The notes beneath the pieces are model-generated. The model was not told the DNA's origin, did not search any database, and was given only the letters and a program-made list of their open reading frames with translations. DNA of 64,000 nt from Planctomycetota bacterium (GTDB taxonomy: Bacteria > Planctomycetota > Planctomycetia > Pirellulales > Pirellulaceae): positions 17,464-81,463 of the forward strand of contig CAUJKA010000218.1 in the NCBI GenBank assembly GCA_963204965.1, written 5' to 3'. Positions 18,101 to 26,723 of the stretch are shown one piece after another. The translations under genes and the position numbers were made by a program. Each line of letters starts with the position of its first letter. The first letter of the stretch is position 1.

Positions 18101-21100
18101 AAAGCCCCGGTTTGGCACTTCGGAACTTTGAAATATCGGCGCCACTCATTCTCAAAGACGATCGCGGTATCGATTTTGTCACCTCTTATGATCCGCTAAC
18201 GCGTAAGATCGTTGGGCGAAGTTTGGACAATGGAAAGCTCGGACCTGGACAAACACATGCTCGAGCTGACGTGGGCGTCGTCTCGGTTGCCGGTGGAAGC
18301 CAATGCGATTTGACGAATTTGAAGAGCTTGATCTCATCGAAGATTGAAACCAAGCAGTTCTATCAGCAACTCTGGGCCATCGGTTTGCAATATGGCCCGG
18401 CTTTTCAAACAGTCTCTGAGCTCTACGTCGCCGACGACAAGATGCAGAGCTTGGCTCGACTGGAGCTCAATCAACTACATGCGAGCTATTTGGACAAATA
18501 CCGCATGCATCCTTCGCTTCTGGACGGATGCTTCCAAACATTGATGGCCATGATCGATACGCAATCGGCGACCTACTTGCCGACAAAGATCGACGAAATC
18601 CGTCTCTATGTTGACAGACTTCCTGAGCAGATCTGGTGTCACGGTCGCTTGCAAGAGATGAATCAGAGGTTCGTCGACTGCCACCTCGATCTTTACGATA
18701 TGGAAGGCAATCTCGTTGCCAGCGTGAAGCGACTTCGCGCCAACGCGGCCGCCAAGCGCCAACGTACGGACAAATGGGGTGACCCAGTCAAGCTACAGAT
18801 TCTCAAGTACATTTGGCAAGTTGGTGAGAACCTTCCTGAACCACGACGCTTAGGTAACTGGATGGTCATTGGTGACCAAGCCGACCTAAGTTCATTGGTG
18901 GTCCAGCAGCTTGAGAATTTCGGTGCGATTGTTGGTGCCCACGTTCGAGCCGGCAATCAACTAGAGTTCGATGGACGCGAAGTCACGCTACGACCTGAAT
19001 CGTTGGAAGATTGGTCTGAGGTTCTCTCGCAACATGATGAAATCGACGGCATTGTCTTTACCTGCACGCTCGATGCATGGCCTCAATCAGATGATCCGAC
19101 GGGGCAGTGGCAATTGCGACGAATTGTTACGGCGCTTCAGGCCTACTTCCGAACCAAGCGCAGCGACACTCCTCGTGTCTATCTGTTAACGCAGTCTGCC
19201 TTCCAAGTCATTCCAAGCGATACAGAACTCAATCCGGCACAAGCTTCGTTCAATGGATTTGCTCGTGTGGCCTTTAACGAGCTTGAAGTGGGGCGCGTTT
19301 CGACCATCGATCTTCCTAGCTCGATCGATCCCGCTAGCTTCGAAGCGCTGATCCAAGAGTTGATCTGTGACGGTGCCGAAGACGAAATCGCGATTCGCGA
19401 TGGTCAGCGTTTCGTTAGCGAATTAGCTTTGACTGAGGATCTAACAAAGGATATCTCTCGAGTTGGTTACTTCGACAAGGACAACCCAATTCTAATTCGT
19501 CCCAGCAATGCTGACAGCGATGTTGGCGTCGTTCGCGTGCTAGCAGACAAGCTTGAAGCCCTAAAGCCGAATCACGTTCGAGTCATGCTGGAAAAGTCGG
19601 CTGTGCCAATCGTCTTCCTTAAGGGAGCGCCTGACGAAATTGTCGAACGACCTTGGATGGAATTTGTCGGGACTATTCTGGAACTCGGTAGCGAAGTTCA
19701 GGGATTAGATGTCGGCTCACGCGTTTGTGGACTTGTACCTGCGGAAACAGCCAGCCACCTTACCGTACCAGCCAAATCCCTACATGTCGTTGAAATTGGT
19801 GCTGACGACAACGCGTCGAAATTGGTCGCTTCCTTGGGTGATCTAACCCGAGTGTCCGCGGCGATCGAGCAGTTGAACTTTGCATCTGGGCAAGTAGCCG
19901 CGATTGAAATCAGCAACATTGGACTTGAACTGGCTGATCAGCTTGAAGAGGCGGGAGTTAAAGTCCTGCTTCTGACGGACGACATCGACTCGGTTGAACC
20001 AGCCGTTCTGGCAACTCGAACAGTCGTACCGATGGATGCTCTGCGTATCGATCAGCTTGTTGCTGAACATACGCATGGCGAAGGCTTTGCAATCTTAGTA
20101 GTTCGAGCCAGTGCTTGGCAGGAAAAGCTTGGCTGGGGACACCTTGCTGTTGGTGGATCGGTGGTAGATATCGACAGCCAGACCAATGATCTTGCACTCT
20201 CGGGCAGCATCGGTTCAGTAATTCGAACTTCGCTAGCCATTCTCGCACACCAACCAGCCTTATTGCGAAGATCGATCTCGCGTGCGATTGATTTGATTCG
20301 GTCAGGTCAGCATCGCGAGTCAGGATACTTCGAGGTCTCGTTAGCGGATATCGCTTGGCAGAAGCTGCCGTTCAGCGATTCCCTAGGAGCTTTGGTTCTA
20401 TCGCTTGAGAAGCTGGATGCCGAGCTACCAGTGATTCAACGCGATGACTTTAGATTCAAGTCCGGTGGCACCTATCTGATCACTGGAGGCTTAGGAGGCT
20501 TTGGGCAACAGACTGCTAAGTGGCTTGTTGACAACGGAGTCACATCGATCGTATTGACTGGCCGAACTGGAGCTGACACACCTAATAAGCAAGCGTTTGT
20601 TAAGGACCTTGAGTCAACTGGGGCGAGCGTTTTTGCGGTTCCGTGCGATGCTTCGGATCGGCGAGCTGTCCGAGCATTGATTGAGAAAATCAATAGCGAG
20701 ACGGCTCCTCTGAAAGGCATCATTCACTCTGCGGCAGCCATCATCGATGAACCTATCGTTGATATTGATCTGAATAACTTGTCGACAGTGATGCGAAACA
20801 AAGCAGATGCTGCATGGATACTTCATGAGGAAACGAAGGATCTTCCCTTAGATCACTTCATCCTCTACTCGTCGGCCGCCAATCTTGTGGGCAATAGTCG
20901 ACAGTCGATTTACAGCGCTGCAAACGGCTTCCTCAACGGACTAGCCCACATGCGACGCCAGATGGGGTTGCCTGGTCTTTCGGTCAATTGGGGTGCGATC
21001 GGCGATGTGGGCATCGTTGCTCGCGATGAGAAGTTGGAGCAGTTTCTCCGCTATGTCGGCTTGAGTGGCATAGAGTCGCGTGAGGCACTTGAGTATCTGA

Positions 21101-21555
21101 AACTGGCCGTTGGTCGCGATGAAACTCAAGTCGGCGTTCTCATTATGAAGTCATGGGCCGACTGGGGACGCTTCGAAGTTCGCGCAGGTACCTCCGCTCG
21201 TTATCAAAAGCTCATCGCCAGCGATGCCAGCGGTGGTGATTCGGCGGCAAAGAATGCGCTTGTGGAAGAGCTTTCCAAATTGCAGCCCGATGAACAGCTG
21301 GAGGTCTTGGTCACTCTGATCACCGATGTGCTGGCCGGAATTCTCAAGACTGACGCGTCGCAGATTCATCCGTCACGTCCTATCAATGAGCTTGGTGTTG
21401 ACTCGTTAATGGCAACCGAGATTCAGATGAGTCTAGAACAAACGCTTGGACTTAAAGTGGCTGTTCTCGAACTGTTGGGCGATTCGACGATCATGTCACT
21501 TGCTAGAAGTTCGCTGACGTCCCTACAGCTAACCAGCCCTATTCCCGTCGGCTAA
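15199..21555 (+). CDS. Single-module, highly reducing type I polyketide synthase: KS-AT-DH-(degenerate ER)-KR-ACP, with no loading or release domain
   Basis: 2118 aa. An AGGAAG lies about 10 nt upstream of ATG 15199.
- KS: DTACSSS (Cys183, 15745-15747), ECHGTGT, GSNAH.
- AT: GHSVGE.
- DH: HPILG, LRDHQVMGLPILPAAG, LQYGPAFQ, LLDGCFQ.
- ER-like fold that lacks the GGVG NADPH loop.
- KR: LITGGLGGFG and SAANLVG...YSAANGF.
- ACP: LGVDSLMATEI (Ser2069, 21403-21405). Confidence 0.95.
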   Translation: MPNAGNQVQPIAIVGMACRYPGELEDIQKLWEGLRNKYNAISETPPDRWSADRYYSANEASRGKTYVRRGGYLKRDPRLFDAGFFGISPRDAENMDPQQRLMLEVTWEAFENAGLNLPELARRSVGVYVGGFMLDHMITQMSFANRSAINQYSAAGMMMTMLSNRVSHTFDFRGPSLSIDTACSSSLVAFHYACQDIWKSACELAVVGGVNVMMRPEYPIGMCKGHFLAKDGQCKSFDERGDGYGRAEGAGVVLLKPLSKAIEDGDDIWATVIATGTNQDGHTPGISMPNGEAQADLIREVCSKYNVDPRSVQYVECHGTGTAIGDPTEAGAIGTTYGVGRSEDNRVIIGTIKSNLGHMEAGAGVAGIIKATLTLHHRETSPLANLQTPNPNINFDALGVKLSDAKYQLVSTDSTPVRAAVNSFGYGGSNAHAILQAFDHSVEQNSAQPRNGFVGADNSVESLPMMLPITGRSVNAVNDLARCYYEMLEAGTNLDDLIYSLIRRRAHLTQRLVVAGRNSEDLKKNLKAVLDGEVAGQFARGQSPYSGSGKPVFVFTGMGPQWWAMGQELYAQNSVYRNAVDKADRVFQSIAGFSALAEMMKDEQSSEITKTEFAQPANFLIQIGLTEVLRSRGIEPAACVGHSVGELASAYVAGVLSLEDAMTVCYHRSQQQAKARGAGSMIAVGVNLERAKELVANCDGAVSIAAINGETNITLAGETESIVAISEELTTQNVFNRLLEVEVPYHGPAMDPLMEPLAYDLRSIQPKLPTMQLYSTVTGQRVDGVAYGAGYWPKNIRQPVEFVQAIRSAINDGHTIFIEVGPHPVLATSLKECIQSSGKDCRQLFTLRRKTSEVEAMDRSVLEYYAFGGRLAWNKIIRPGKIIGLPNYSWQRELLWVENDRAGQDRREIVTHPILGIQEAPATCAYRNDFDFESVNYLRDHQVMGLPILPAAGYIEAFMELAGIEFSQSPGLALRNFEISAPLILKDDRGIDFVTSYDPLTRKIVGRSLDNGKLGPGQTHARADVGVVSVAGGSQCDLTNLKSLISSKIETKQFYQQLWAIGLQYGPAFQTVSELYVADDKMQSLARLELNQLHASYLDKYRMHPSLLDGCFQTLMAMIDTQSATYLPTKIDEIRLYVDRLPEQIWCHGRLQEMNQRFVDCHLDLYDMEGNLVASVKRLRANAAAKRQRTDKWGDPVKLQILKYIWQVGENLPEPRRLGNWMVIGDQADLSSLVVQQLENFGAIVGAHVRAGNQLEFDGREVTLRPESLEDWSEVLSQHDEIDGIVFTCTLDAWPQSDDPTGQWQLRRIVTALQAYFRTKRSDTPRVYLLTQSAFQVIPSDTELNPAQASFNGFARVAFNELEVGRVSTIDLPSSIDPASFEALIQELICDGAEDEIAIRDGQRFVSELALTEDLTKDISRVGYFDKDNPILIRPSNADSDVGVVRVLADKLEALKPNHVRVMLEKSAVPIVFLKGAPDEIVERPWMEFVGTILELGSEVQGLDVGSRVCGLVPAETASHLTVPAKSLHVVEIGADDNASKLVASLGDLTRVSAAIEQLNFASGQVAAIEISNIGLELADQLEEAGVKVLLLTDDIDSVEPAVLATRTVVPMDALRIDQLVAEHTHGEGFAILVVRASAWQEKLGWGHLAVGGSVVDIDSQTNDLALSGSIGSVIRTSLAILAHQPALLRRSISRAIDLIRSGQHRESGYFEVSLADIAWQKLPFSDSLGALVLSLEKLDAELPVIQRDDFRFKSGGTYLITGGLGGFGQQTAKWLVDNGVTSIVLTGRTGADTPNKQAFVKDLESTGASVFAVPCDASDRRAVRALIEKINSETAPLKGIIHSAAAIIDEPIVDIDLNNLSTVMRNKADAAWILHEETKDLPLDHFILYSSAANLVGNSRQSIYSAANGFLNGLAHMRRQMGLPGLSVNWGAIGDVGIVARDEKLEQFLRYVGLSGIESREALEYLKLAVGRDETQVGVLIMKSWADWGRFEVRAGTSARYQKLIASDASGGDSAAKNALVEELSKLQPDEQLEVLVTLITDVLAGILKTDASQIHPSRPINELGVDSLMATEIQMSLEQTLGLKVAVLELLGDSTIMSLARSSLTSLQLTSPIPVG
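15220..16510 (+). other. PKS ketosynthase domain
   Basis: Runs from IAIVGMACRYPG to DTACSSS, ECHGTGT and GYGGSNAHAIL. The Cys-His-His catalytic set is visible. Confidence 0.9.
16850..17720 (+). other. PKS acyltransferase domain
   Basis: Carries VFVFTGMGPQWWAMG, GHSVGELASAYVAG and FIEVGPHPVL. The specificity-motif position reads VPYHGPAM rather than the canonical HAFHS or YASHS. Confidence 0.85.
17900..18760 (+). other. PKS dehydratase domain (all four hallmark motifs present)
   Basis: HPILG, HxxxGxxxxP (DHQVMGLPILP), GYxYGPxF-like (LQYGPAFQ) and DxxxQ (LLDGCFQ) are all present. Confidence 0.8.
19570..20290 (+). other. ER-like (medium-chain dehydrogenase fold) region with the NADPH-binding motif lost
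   Basis: HVRVMLEKSAV...EFVGTILELGSEVQGLDVGSRVCGLVP matches the N-terminal MDR/ER pattern. Where HAAAGGVG is expected, the sequence reads AAIEISNIGLELADQLEEAGVKVLLL (19891-19938). Confidence 0.6.
20460..21150 (+). other. PKS ketoreductase catalytic subdomain
   Basis: Carries GTYLITGGLGGFGQQTAKWL (Rossmann) and SSAANLVGNSRQSIYSAANGFLNGLA (Ser/Tyr/Asn). Confidence 0.85.
21300..21480 (+). other. PKS C-terminal acyl carrier protein domain
   Basis: Carries INELGVDSLMATEIQMSLEQ. The protein ends about 45 aa later with no TE, R or C domain. Confidence 0.9.
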
Positions 21556-21605
21556 TAGTAGGGAATTGATCTTCGATCGTTACTCAAAAATACAAAAAAA
21601 CAAAT

Positions 21606-22961
21606 ATGAGCATTCGAACCAGTATTGATAAACTTCGCGAAAATCTTCTCGCCAATAAGAAAACCGAAGGTAAAGCATCCGAGTCGCCGGATTCGGCGCC
21701 TTCCGTTCCTGCAGTTCCGTTGAGCGATATTCCCTCATCCAGCTACCAATTCGAGCATTTTCCTGAGTACAAGGAATATGCAACGATGATCTGGTATTGC
21801 GATAAGCAAAAGTTTCCACAGAACTTGTTTCAGCCTCACCTGGGCTCGTCAGATGCTACCGTTCAAATCAACGGCAGCACCTACATCAACTTCTCGACTT
21901 ACAACTACTTGGCACTTGGTTCCCACGAACGAGTTAAGAATGCCGCGATTGAAGCAGTCAAGACATATGGCGTCGGCACTGGATCGGGGCGTTCAATCAC
22001 TGGTGAGATTAGCCTTCACAGCGACTTCGAGCGAGAGATCAGCGAGGCTCTTGGTACCGAAGACGCTGTACTCTCTGTGGGTGGCTACAGCACCAACACT
22101 TTCACGATCGGATACCTTTGCCGCAACCAAGACTTGATTCTTTATGACGAGCTGATTCACAACTCGGCGTTGGCTGGATGCAAAATGACCGGCGCGCGTC
22201 GATTCAGCTTTCCACATAACGACTACGACGCGCTAGCCAAGCTGTTGGAGATTCATCGAGGCAAATTCGAACGCGTTCTGATTTTGGTCGAAGGCGTTTA
22301 CAGCATGGACGGCGACATTCCTGATGTCCCCAAGCTGATTGAGATTAAGAATAAATACAAAGCGACTTTGATGGTCGACGAAGCTCACTCGATGGGCGTT
22401 ATCGGTCCCAATGGCCTTGGCGTCTGCGACTACTTCGGAATCAAGGGATCCGAAATTGACATCCTTTATGGATCGCTGAGCAAGTCGTTTGGAACATGCG
22501 GAGGTTATGTCGCTGGTCCTAAGCCATTGATCGCGATTCTAAAGCACTATGCTCCAGGCGTTTTGCTGTACGGTGCCTCACCGACGCCAGCGAATGCAGC
22601 CGCTGCACTTGAGTCGCTGCGGATGATGCGCGAACATCCAGAATTGGCTCAACGACTTCAACAAAACGCCGCCTACTTTATTGAACGAGCCCAAGCTGCA
22701 GGACTTGATACTTATCACAGCAAGGACTCGGGGGTGGTGCCGATCATGATGCGAGACTCGGAACTGGCCCTATGGCTTTCCATGAAGCTCTGGGAGTCCC
22801 GGATTTGCAGCTATCCAATGATGCATCCGATAGTCCCTCGCGACAAAACGCGACTGCGATTCTTCCTCAATGTGAATCACACTCGCGAGCAGATCGATCA
22901 CACGATCGACGTCATCACCAGTAGTTTGCGAGTGGCTCCAAAGTCCAAAGGTCTTTTCTAG
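21606..22961 (+). CDS. Alpha-oxoamine synthase family PLP enzyme (SPT / BioF / KBL / CqsA-like acyl-thioester:amino-acid C-acyltransferase)
   Basis: Class-II aminotransferase fold with NFSTYNYLAL, SGRSITGE, MVDEAHSMG and the PLP-lysine motif GSLSKSFGTCGGYVAG (Lys293, 22482-22484). It has an N-terminal extension of about 70 aa. Confidence 0.9.
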   Translation: MSIRTSIDKLRENLLANKKTEGKASESPDSAPSVPAVPLSDIPSSSYQFEHFPEYKEYATMIWYCDKQKFPQNLFQPHLGSSDATVQINGSTYINFSTYNYLALGSHERVKNAAIEAVKTYGVGTGSGRSITGEISLHSDFEREISEALGTEDAVLSVGGYSTNTFTIGYLCRNQDLILYDELIHNSALAGCKMTGARRFSFPHNDYDALAKLLEIHRGKFERVLILVEGVYSMDGDIPDVPKLIEIKNKYKATLMVDEAHSMGVIGPNGLGVCDYFGIKGSEIDILYGSLSKSFGTCGGYVAGPKPLIAILKHYAPGVLLYGASPTPANAAAALESLRMMREHPELAQRLQQNAAYFIERAQAAGLDTYHSKDSGVVPIMMRDSELALWLSMKLWESRICSYPMMHPIVPRDKTRLRFFLNVNHTREQIDHTIDVITSSLRVAPKSKGLF

Positions 22962-23022
22962 TGTTGACGCTTGGCCAAATGATACGCCCCTTTCAACTGG
23001 CAGATAAATTCGAGAGACGCCG

Positions 23023-24036
23023 ATGAAACAGGTAGTGTATGAAAAATTTGGACCGCCATCGACGGTGGCTAAGTGCGTGGATGCGCCCGATCCGCAGGCC
23101 CCATCTGCTTGGGAAGTCATCGTTGCTGTTGACGCTTTTCCAATCAACCCAGCAGACTTGGCCATGATGTACGGGCAGTACGGCATCCTGAACAAGCCAC
23201 CTTCGACAATTGGAATGGAGGCGGTGGGTACTGTCGTAGAAAAGGGCAAGTCAGTCGCCAATCTGTCGATTGGCGACCGAGTTATCCTGCTTGCCAACAA
23301 TAACTGGGCAACCTTGCGAAAGGTACCAGCGACGCTTGCGATTAAAGTTCCTAGCGATTTGAACGTGTTGCAATTAGCAATGCTGAAAGTCTCGGGACTA
23401 ACGGCATATCAGATCCTCTCGCGGATTGAACTGCTCAAGTCAGGCCAGTACGTCATTCAAAACGCTCCACTATCCGCAGTGGGCCGTTATGTGATTCAGA
23501 TTGCAAAAGAGCTCGACCTTCGCACGATAAACCTCGTTCGTCGACCAGAGCAAATGGACCAAGTGACTAAGCTGGGTGGCGATCTGGTGTTCTTAGACGA
23601 AGGCTCTGTAGTTGATGCAGTCAAGCAGAAGATTGGTAGCGGTGCGGTCCGGATCGGCATTGATGCGGTCGCTGGCCCTTCGACTCATCGACTAGCTGAA
23701 TGCCTGCAAGATGGCTGCACAATAGTCAACTATGGCATGCTTTCGATGCAGCCTTGTCAAATCGATGCGTCGCAGACGATCTTTCGCGGGATTCGCTTGA
23801 TCGGTTTCTGGCTCAGCAGAGTACTCAACAAGCTCTCAGCACAAGATCGAGAGCAGCAACTGCTGCGCCTAGTGGGAATGATGACCGAAGGGAAGATCCA
23901 TGGGGCTATCGATTCGGTCTATTCCATTGAAAATATCAGCCAAGCCATTCGACGTGCAGAACAACCCGCACGAGCCGGAAAAGTTCTCGTGAGCATGAAC
24001 TCAGCGGATCACTCGTTGCCAGTGGGAGGCAACTAG
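23023..24036 (+). CDS. MDR-family 2-enoyl thioester reductase (MECR/Etr1-like); candidate trans-acting ER
   Basis: VIVAVDAFPINPADLAMMYGQYG matches the ETR-family PINP(A/S)D...G.Y motif. IGDRVILL is also present, with a Rossmann region VIQNAPLSAVGRYVIQIAK. No Zn-ligand Cys pattern is seen. Confidence 0.85.
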   Translation: MKQVVYEKFGPPSTVAKCVDAPDPQAPSAWEVIVAVDAFPINPADLAMMYGQYGILNKPPSTIGMEAVGTVVEKGKSVANLSIGDRVILLANNNWATLRKVPATLAIKVPSDLNVLQLAMLKVSGLTAYQILSRIELLKSGQYVIQNAPLSAVGRYVIQIAKELDLRTINLVRRPEQMDQVTKLGGDLVFLDEGSVVDAVKQKIGSGAVRIGIDAVAGPSTHRLAECLQDGCTIVNYGMLSMQPCQIDASQTIFRGIRLIGFWLSRVLNKLSAQDREQQLLRLVGMMTEGKIHGAIDSVYSIENISQAIRRAEQPARAGKVLVSMNSADHSLPVGGN

Positions 24037-26696
24037 TGCAACAACATTTGGGATCGAAGTCTGAAGCGGCAGCCGCTCAGGATTCTCCTGCGACAGGTAT
24101 TCAGTTTCAATTTGAGCTGAGTAAGCAAGTAGGCGAACCGGTAGAGGTTGCTCACGGAGTATGGTGGATTCGTTTACCGATAGATTCCTCGTTGGACTTT
24201 GTGAATGTCTACGCGTTGCGTGATGGCAATCGATTGACCCTGGTTGATGTAGGTGTCAACAGTGCTTCCAGCATTGCTGCCTTAGATGCGGCTTTAGCGT
24301 CGCCTACACTGGCACAATTGCCGCTCAAACGAGTTATCGTCACTCACTTTCATCCCGACCATATTGGTGCGGCAGGCATTTTGGCTCAACGCGGCATCGA
24401 GCTTTGGATGTCACGCACATGTTGGCTTTCTTGCAAGTTGCTCCTGCAAACGGCCGCGAGTGCGCCGAAGACTCCTGAAGTCGAGTTCATGCGTCGAGCA
24501 GGCCTGTCGGGAATCGAACTAGAAGCCTACAAGCGACAACCGCCTCACCGCTACCAGAAGCAAGTCGCAGCTCTTCCCGACGATTTTGTACCGCTATCCG
24601 ATGGCCAGCACCTGACAATTGGTGATCGTAGTTGGAAGATACTCGTAGGTAATGGTCACGCCGCTGAACATCTAACGCTTTGGAGCGATGGCTTGGCGAT
24701 TGTCGGCGATCAGATTCTCCCTAGCATTTCCAGTAACCTGACAATCCCATTCACCGAACCCGAAGGCGACTTGGTCGCGGAGTGGTTGCTGAGCTGTCAG
24801 AAGCTATTGACCGTTGCCGACAACCAAATTCTAGGTTTGCCAGGGCATCAGCGACCGTTTACAGGTTTACAAAATCGACTGGTCCAAATTCAAAGCAACA
24901 TGGAAGGTGCAATGGAGCGATTGTCCAAGATCTTGGTTCGTCCAAGTTCAGCACTGGAGTGCATGGAGCAGTTTCACAATCGATCATTGACTTTTGATCA
25001 ACGCAAACAGATGCTCCCCGAGATCGTCGGATTCCTGAATCACCTTTATCGCAAAGGCGATGTAGAACGAAAGCAGTCTCCACAAGGCTCCTTTGTCTAC
25101 ACACGCAAACGCAACACGTTAGTCGAACTCTCCACTTCGCATCCAACGAAGGAAGATAAAATGAACTCTCCCATATTGCCTTCCAACACCCCGCCGACTG
25201 CGGTACAGTCGGCGCCGGAAGCTGTTGAGTCCACAGCGCAAGCCTTACCAGAGGCCGTCACTCCCGTTGCAGTTACTTCCACGCAGCAATTTTCAAGCGA
25301 GTCCGTCGCATCCAAGGCCAACACCTCTTGGCTTCAGCCGAAACGCTGGATAGCTGCTCTCAGCTTGGTTGGAATTCTTGGCGCTTGTTACGCCTATCGC
25401 GATCAGCTTCAAGTCTGGGGTAACGAAGCGTTCGATAAGCTCTCGCAAATTCAGCTTTTGGAAAAGCCTCAATCGGTCCGACAGGAACTCAGCACAACAG
25501 TCATGCCTGTTCAGGTAATGACCCTGAAGAACTTGTCGAGCACTGAATTGCCGCGTCGCTTCACTGGAGTCATTAAGCCCCGACGTGCCAGTGAGATTGG
25601 CTTTAATCGCGTCGGCACGATGGATGAGATTTTGGTTGAACGCGGCCAGCGAGTTGAAAAGGATGCGGTATTGGCCAAGTTGAATGTTGCATCGCTGCAA
25701 GCCAACATGAAAGCAGTTCAGGCACAATACAAAGCAGCAACGGCACGACTGGAAGAGATGATCGCTGGTCCGCGCTCTCAAACAATCGATTCGGCTAGAA
25801 ATCAATTCGATGCTGCAAGGGCAGAACTGGACTTGGCTAAGACCTCGTTGGGCCGAGCCGAGCGACTGGTCAGCATCGGGGCCGTTTCTAAGCAAGAGGT
25901 CGACAACGCTCAGACTATGGTCAAAGCGAAGCAAGAAGCTGTCAACGCGGCAGAGAATACATTGAACGAATTGAAGGAGGGCACCCGAACAGAACAAATT
26001 CGGGCACAACGAGCCGTACTGAACGAATTGGAAGCTGCTCAAGATCAAATGAAGGTACAGCTTGATGAAAGTGTGATTCGCGCGCCTTTTGCAGCGGCTG
26101 TGTCTGAGCGATTCCTTGATCCGGGTACAGTGTGCTCGCCTGGAGTTCCTGTGGTGCGATTGATCGAATTGGTCTCGCCTGAAGTCTGGATTGGTCTACC
26201 GCCGGAGTATTCCGCGGCAATGAATCAAAGCAATTCGTACTCGATCAAAGTCAATGGTCAGAGTTTTGATGCGAAGCTCAAGAGCGTTCTACCCGAGCTG
26301 GATAGTGGCACACGAACTAACACGGTAGTCTTCGAACTGGAGACGTCGGACAGCAATTCAATTTTTGGTCAAGTTGCTGAGATCGAGCTTTCTCGTCCTA
26401 TTCGTGAAAGTGGTTTCTGGCTGCCTATGTCAGCAATCGTCAAGGGAGATCATGGACTCTGGGGAGTGTTGGTCCTAGAAAAAGATCCAGAGAGTGGTAA
26501 CTCCAGATTGGTCAAGCAAGAGCTGGAAGTGGTTCACGTCGATTCCGACCGCGTTTATGCGCGTGGAACTATTGCCGATGGCGAACGAGTCGTAGCGACT
26601 GGGTTGCAGCGTTTGACGCCGGGCCAATTGGTGCGAGCGTTGGGTACCGATGATGGTCAACAAGTTGGTGTCAACGACGACGCCACGCTTCGCTAA
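24036..26696 (+). CDS. Fusion protein: N-terminal metallo-beta-lactamase-fold hydrolase, TM helix, then C-terminal RND/HlyD-type periplasmic adaptor (membrane fusion protein)
   Basis: The GTG start at 24036 overlaps the TAG of the previous gene. The MBL motif is THFHPDHIGAAG (HxHxDH at 24345-24362), followed by GHAAEH and LPGHQRPF. A P/T/A/S linker leads to the TM helix WIAALSLVGILGACYAY (25347-25397). The MFP part has lipoyl, coiled-coil and beta-barrel regions. An in-frame internal ATG at 25161 is preceded by GAAGGAAG. Confidence 0.8.
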   Translation: MQQHLGSKSEAAAAQDSPATGIQFQFELSKQVGEPVEVAHGVWWIRLPIDSSLDFVNVYALRDGNRLTLVDVGVNSASSIAALDAALASPTLAQLPLKRVIVTHFHPDHIGAAGILAQRGIELWMSRTCWLSCKLLLQTAASAPKTPEVEFMRRAGLSGIELEAYKRQPPHRYQKQVAALPDDFVPLSDGQHLTIGDRSWKILVGNGHAAEHLTLWSDGLAIVGDQILPSISSNLTIPFTEPEGDLVAEWLLSCQKLLTVADNQILGLPGHQRPFTGLQNRLVQIQSNMEGAMERLSKILVRPSSALECMEQFHNRSLTFDQRKQMLPEIVGFLNHLYRKGDVERKQSPQGSFVYTRKRNTLVELSTSHPTKEDKMNSPILPSNTPPTAVQSAPEAVESTAQALPEAVTPVAVTSTQQFSSESVASKANTSWLQPKRWIAALSLVGILGACYAYRDQLQVWGNEAFDKLSQIQLLEKPQSVRQELSTTVMPVQVMTLKNLSSTELPRRFTGVIKPRRASEIGFNRVGTMDEILVERGQRVEKDAVLAKLNVASLQANMKAVQAQYKAATARLEEMIAGPRSQTIDSARNQFDAARAELDLAKTSLGRAERLVSIGAVSKQEVDNAQTMVKAKQEAVNAAENTLNELKEGTRTEQIRAQRAVLNELEAAQDQMKVQLDESVIRAPFAAAVSERFLDPGTVCSPGVPVVRLIELVSPEVWIGLPPEYSAAMNQSNSYSIKVNGQSFDAKLKSVLPELDSGTRTNTVVFELETSDSNSIFGQVAEIELSRPIRESGFWLPMSAIVKGDHGLWGVLVLEKDPESGNSRLVKQELEVVHVDSDRVYARGTIADGERVVATGLQRLTPGQLVRALGTDDGQQVGVNDDATLR

Positions 26697-26723
26697 TACG
26701 AATCAATTGCAAGAGAGACTTCC

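Noticed and set aside
25293-26048. A 251-aa minus-strand ORF inside the MBL::MFP gene
   Set aside because: It is antisense to a CDS with clear MFP coiled-coil and lipoyl motifs. Its translation is Cys/Leu/Ser-rich with no recognisable motif.
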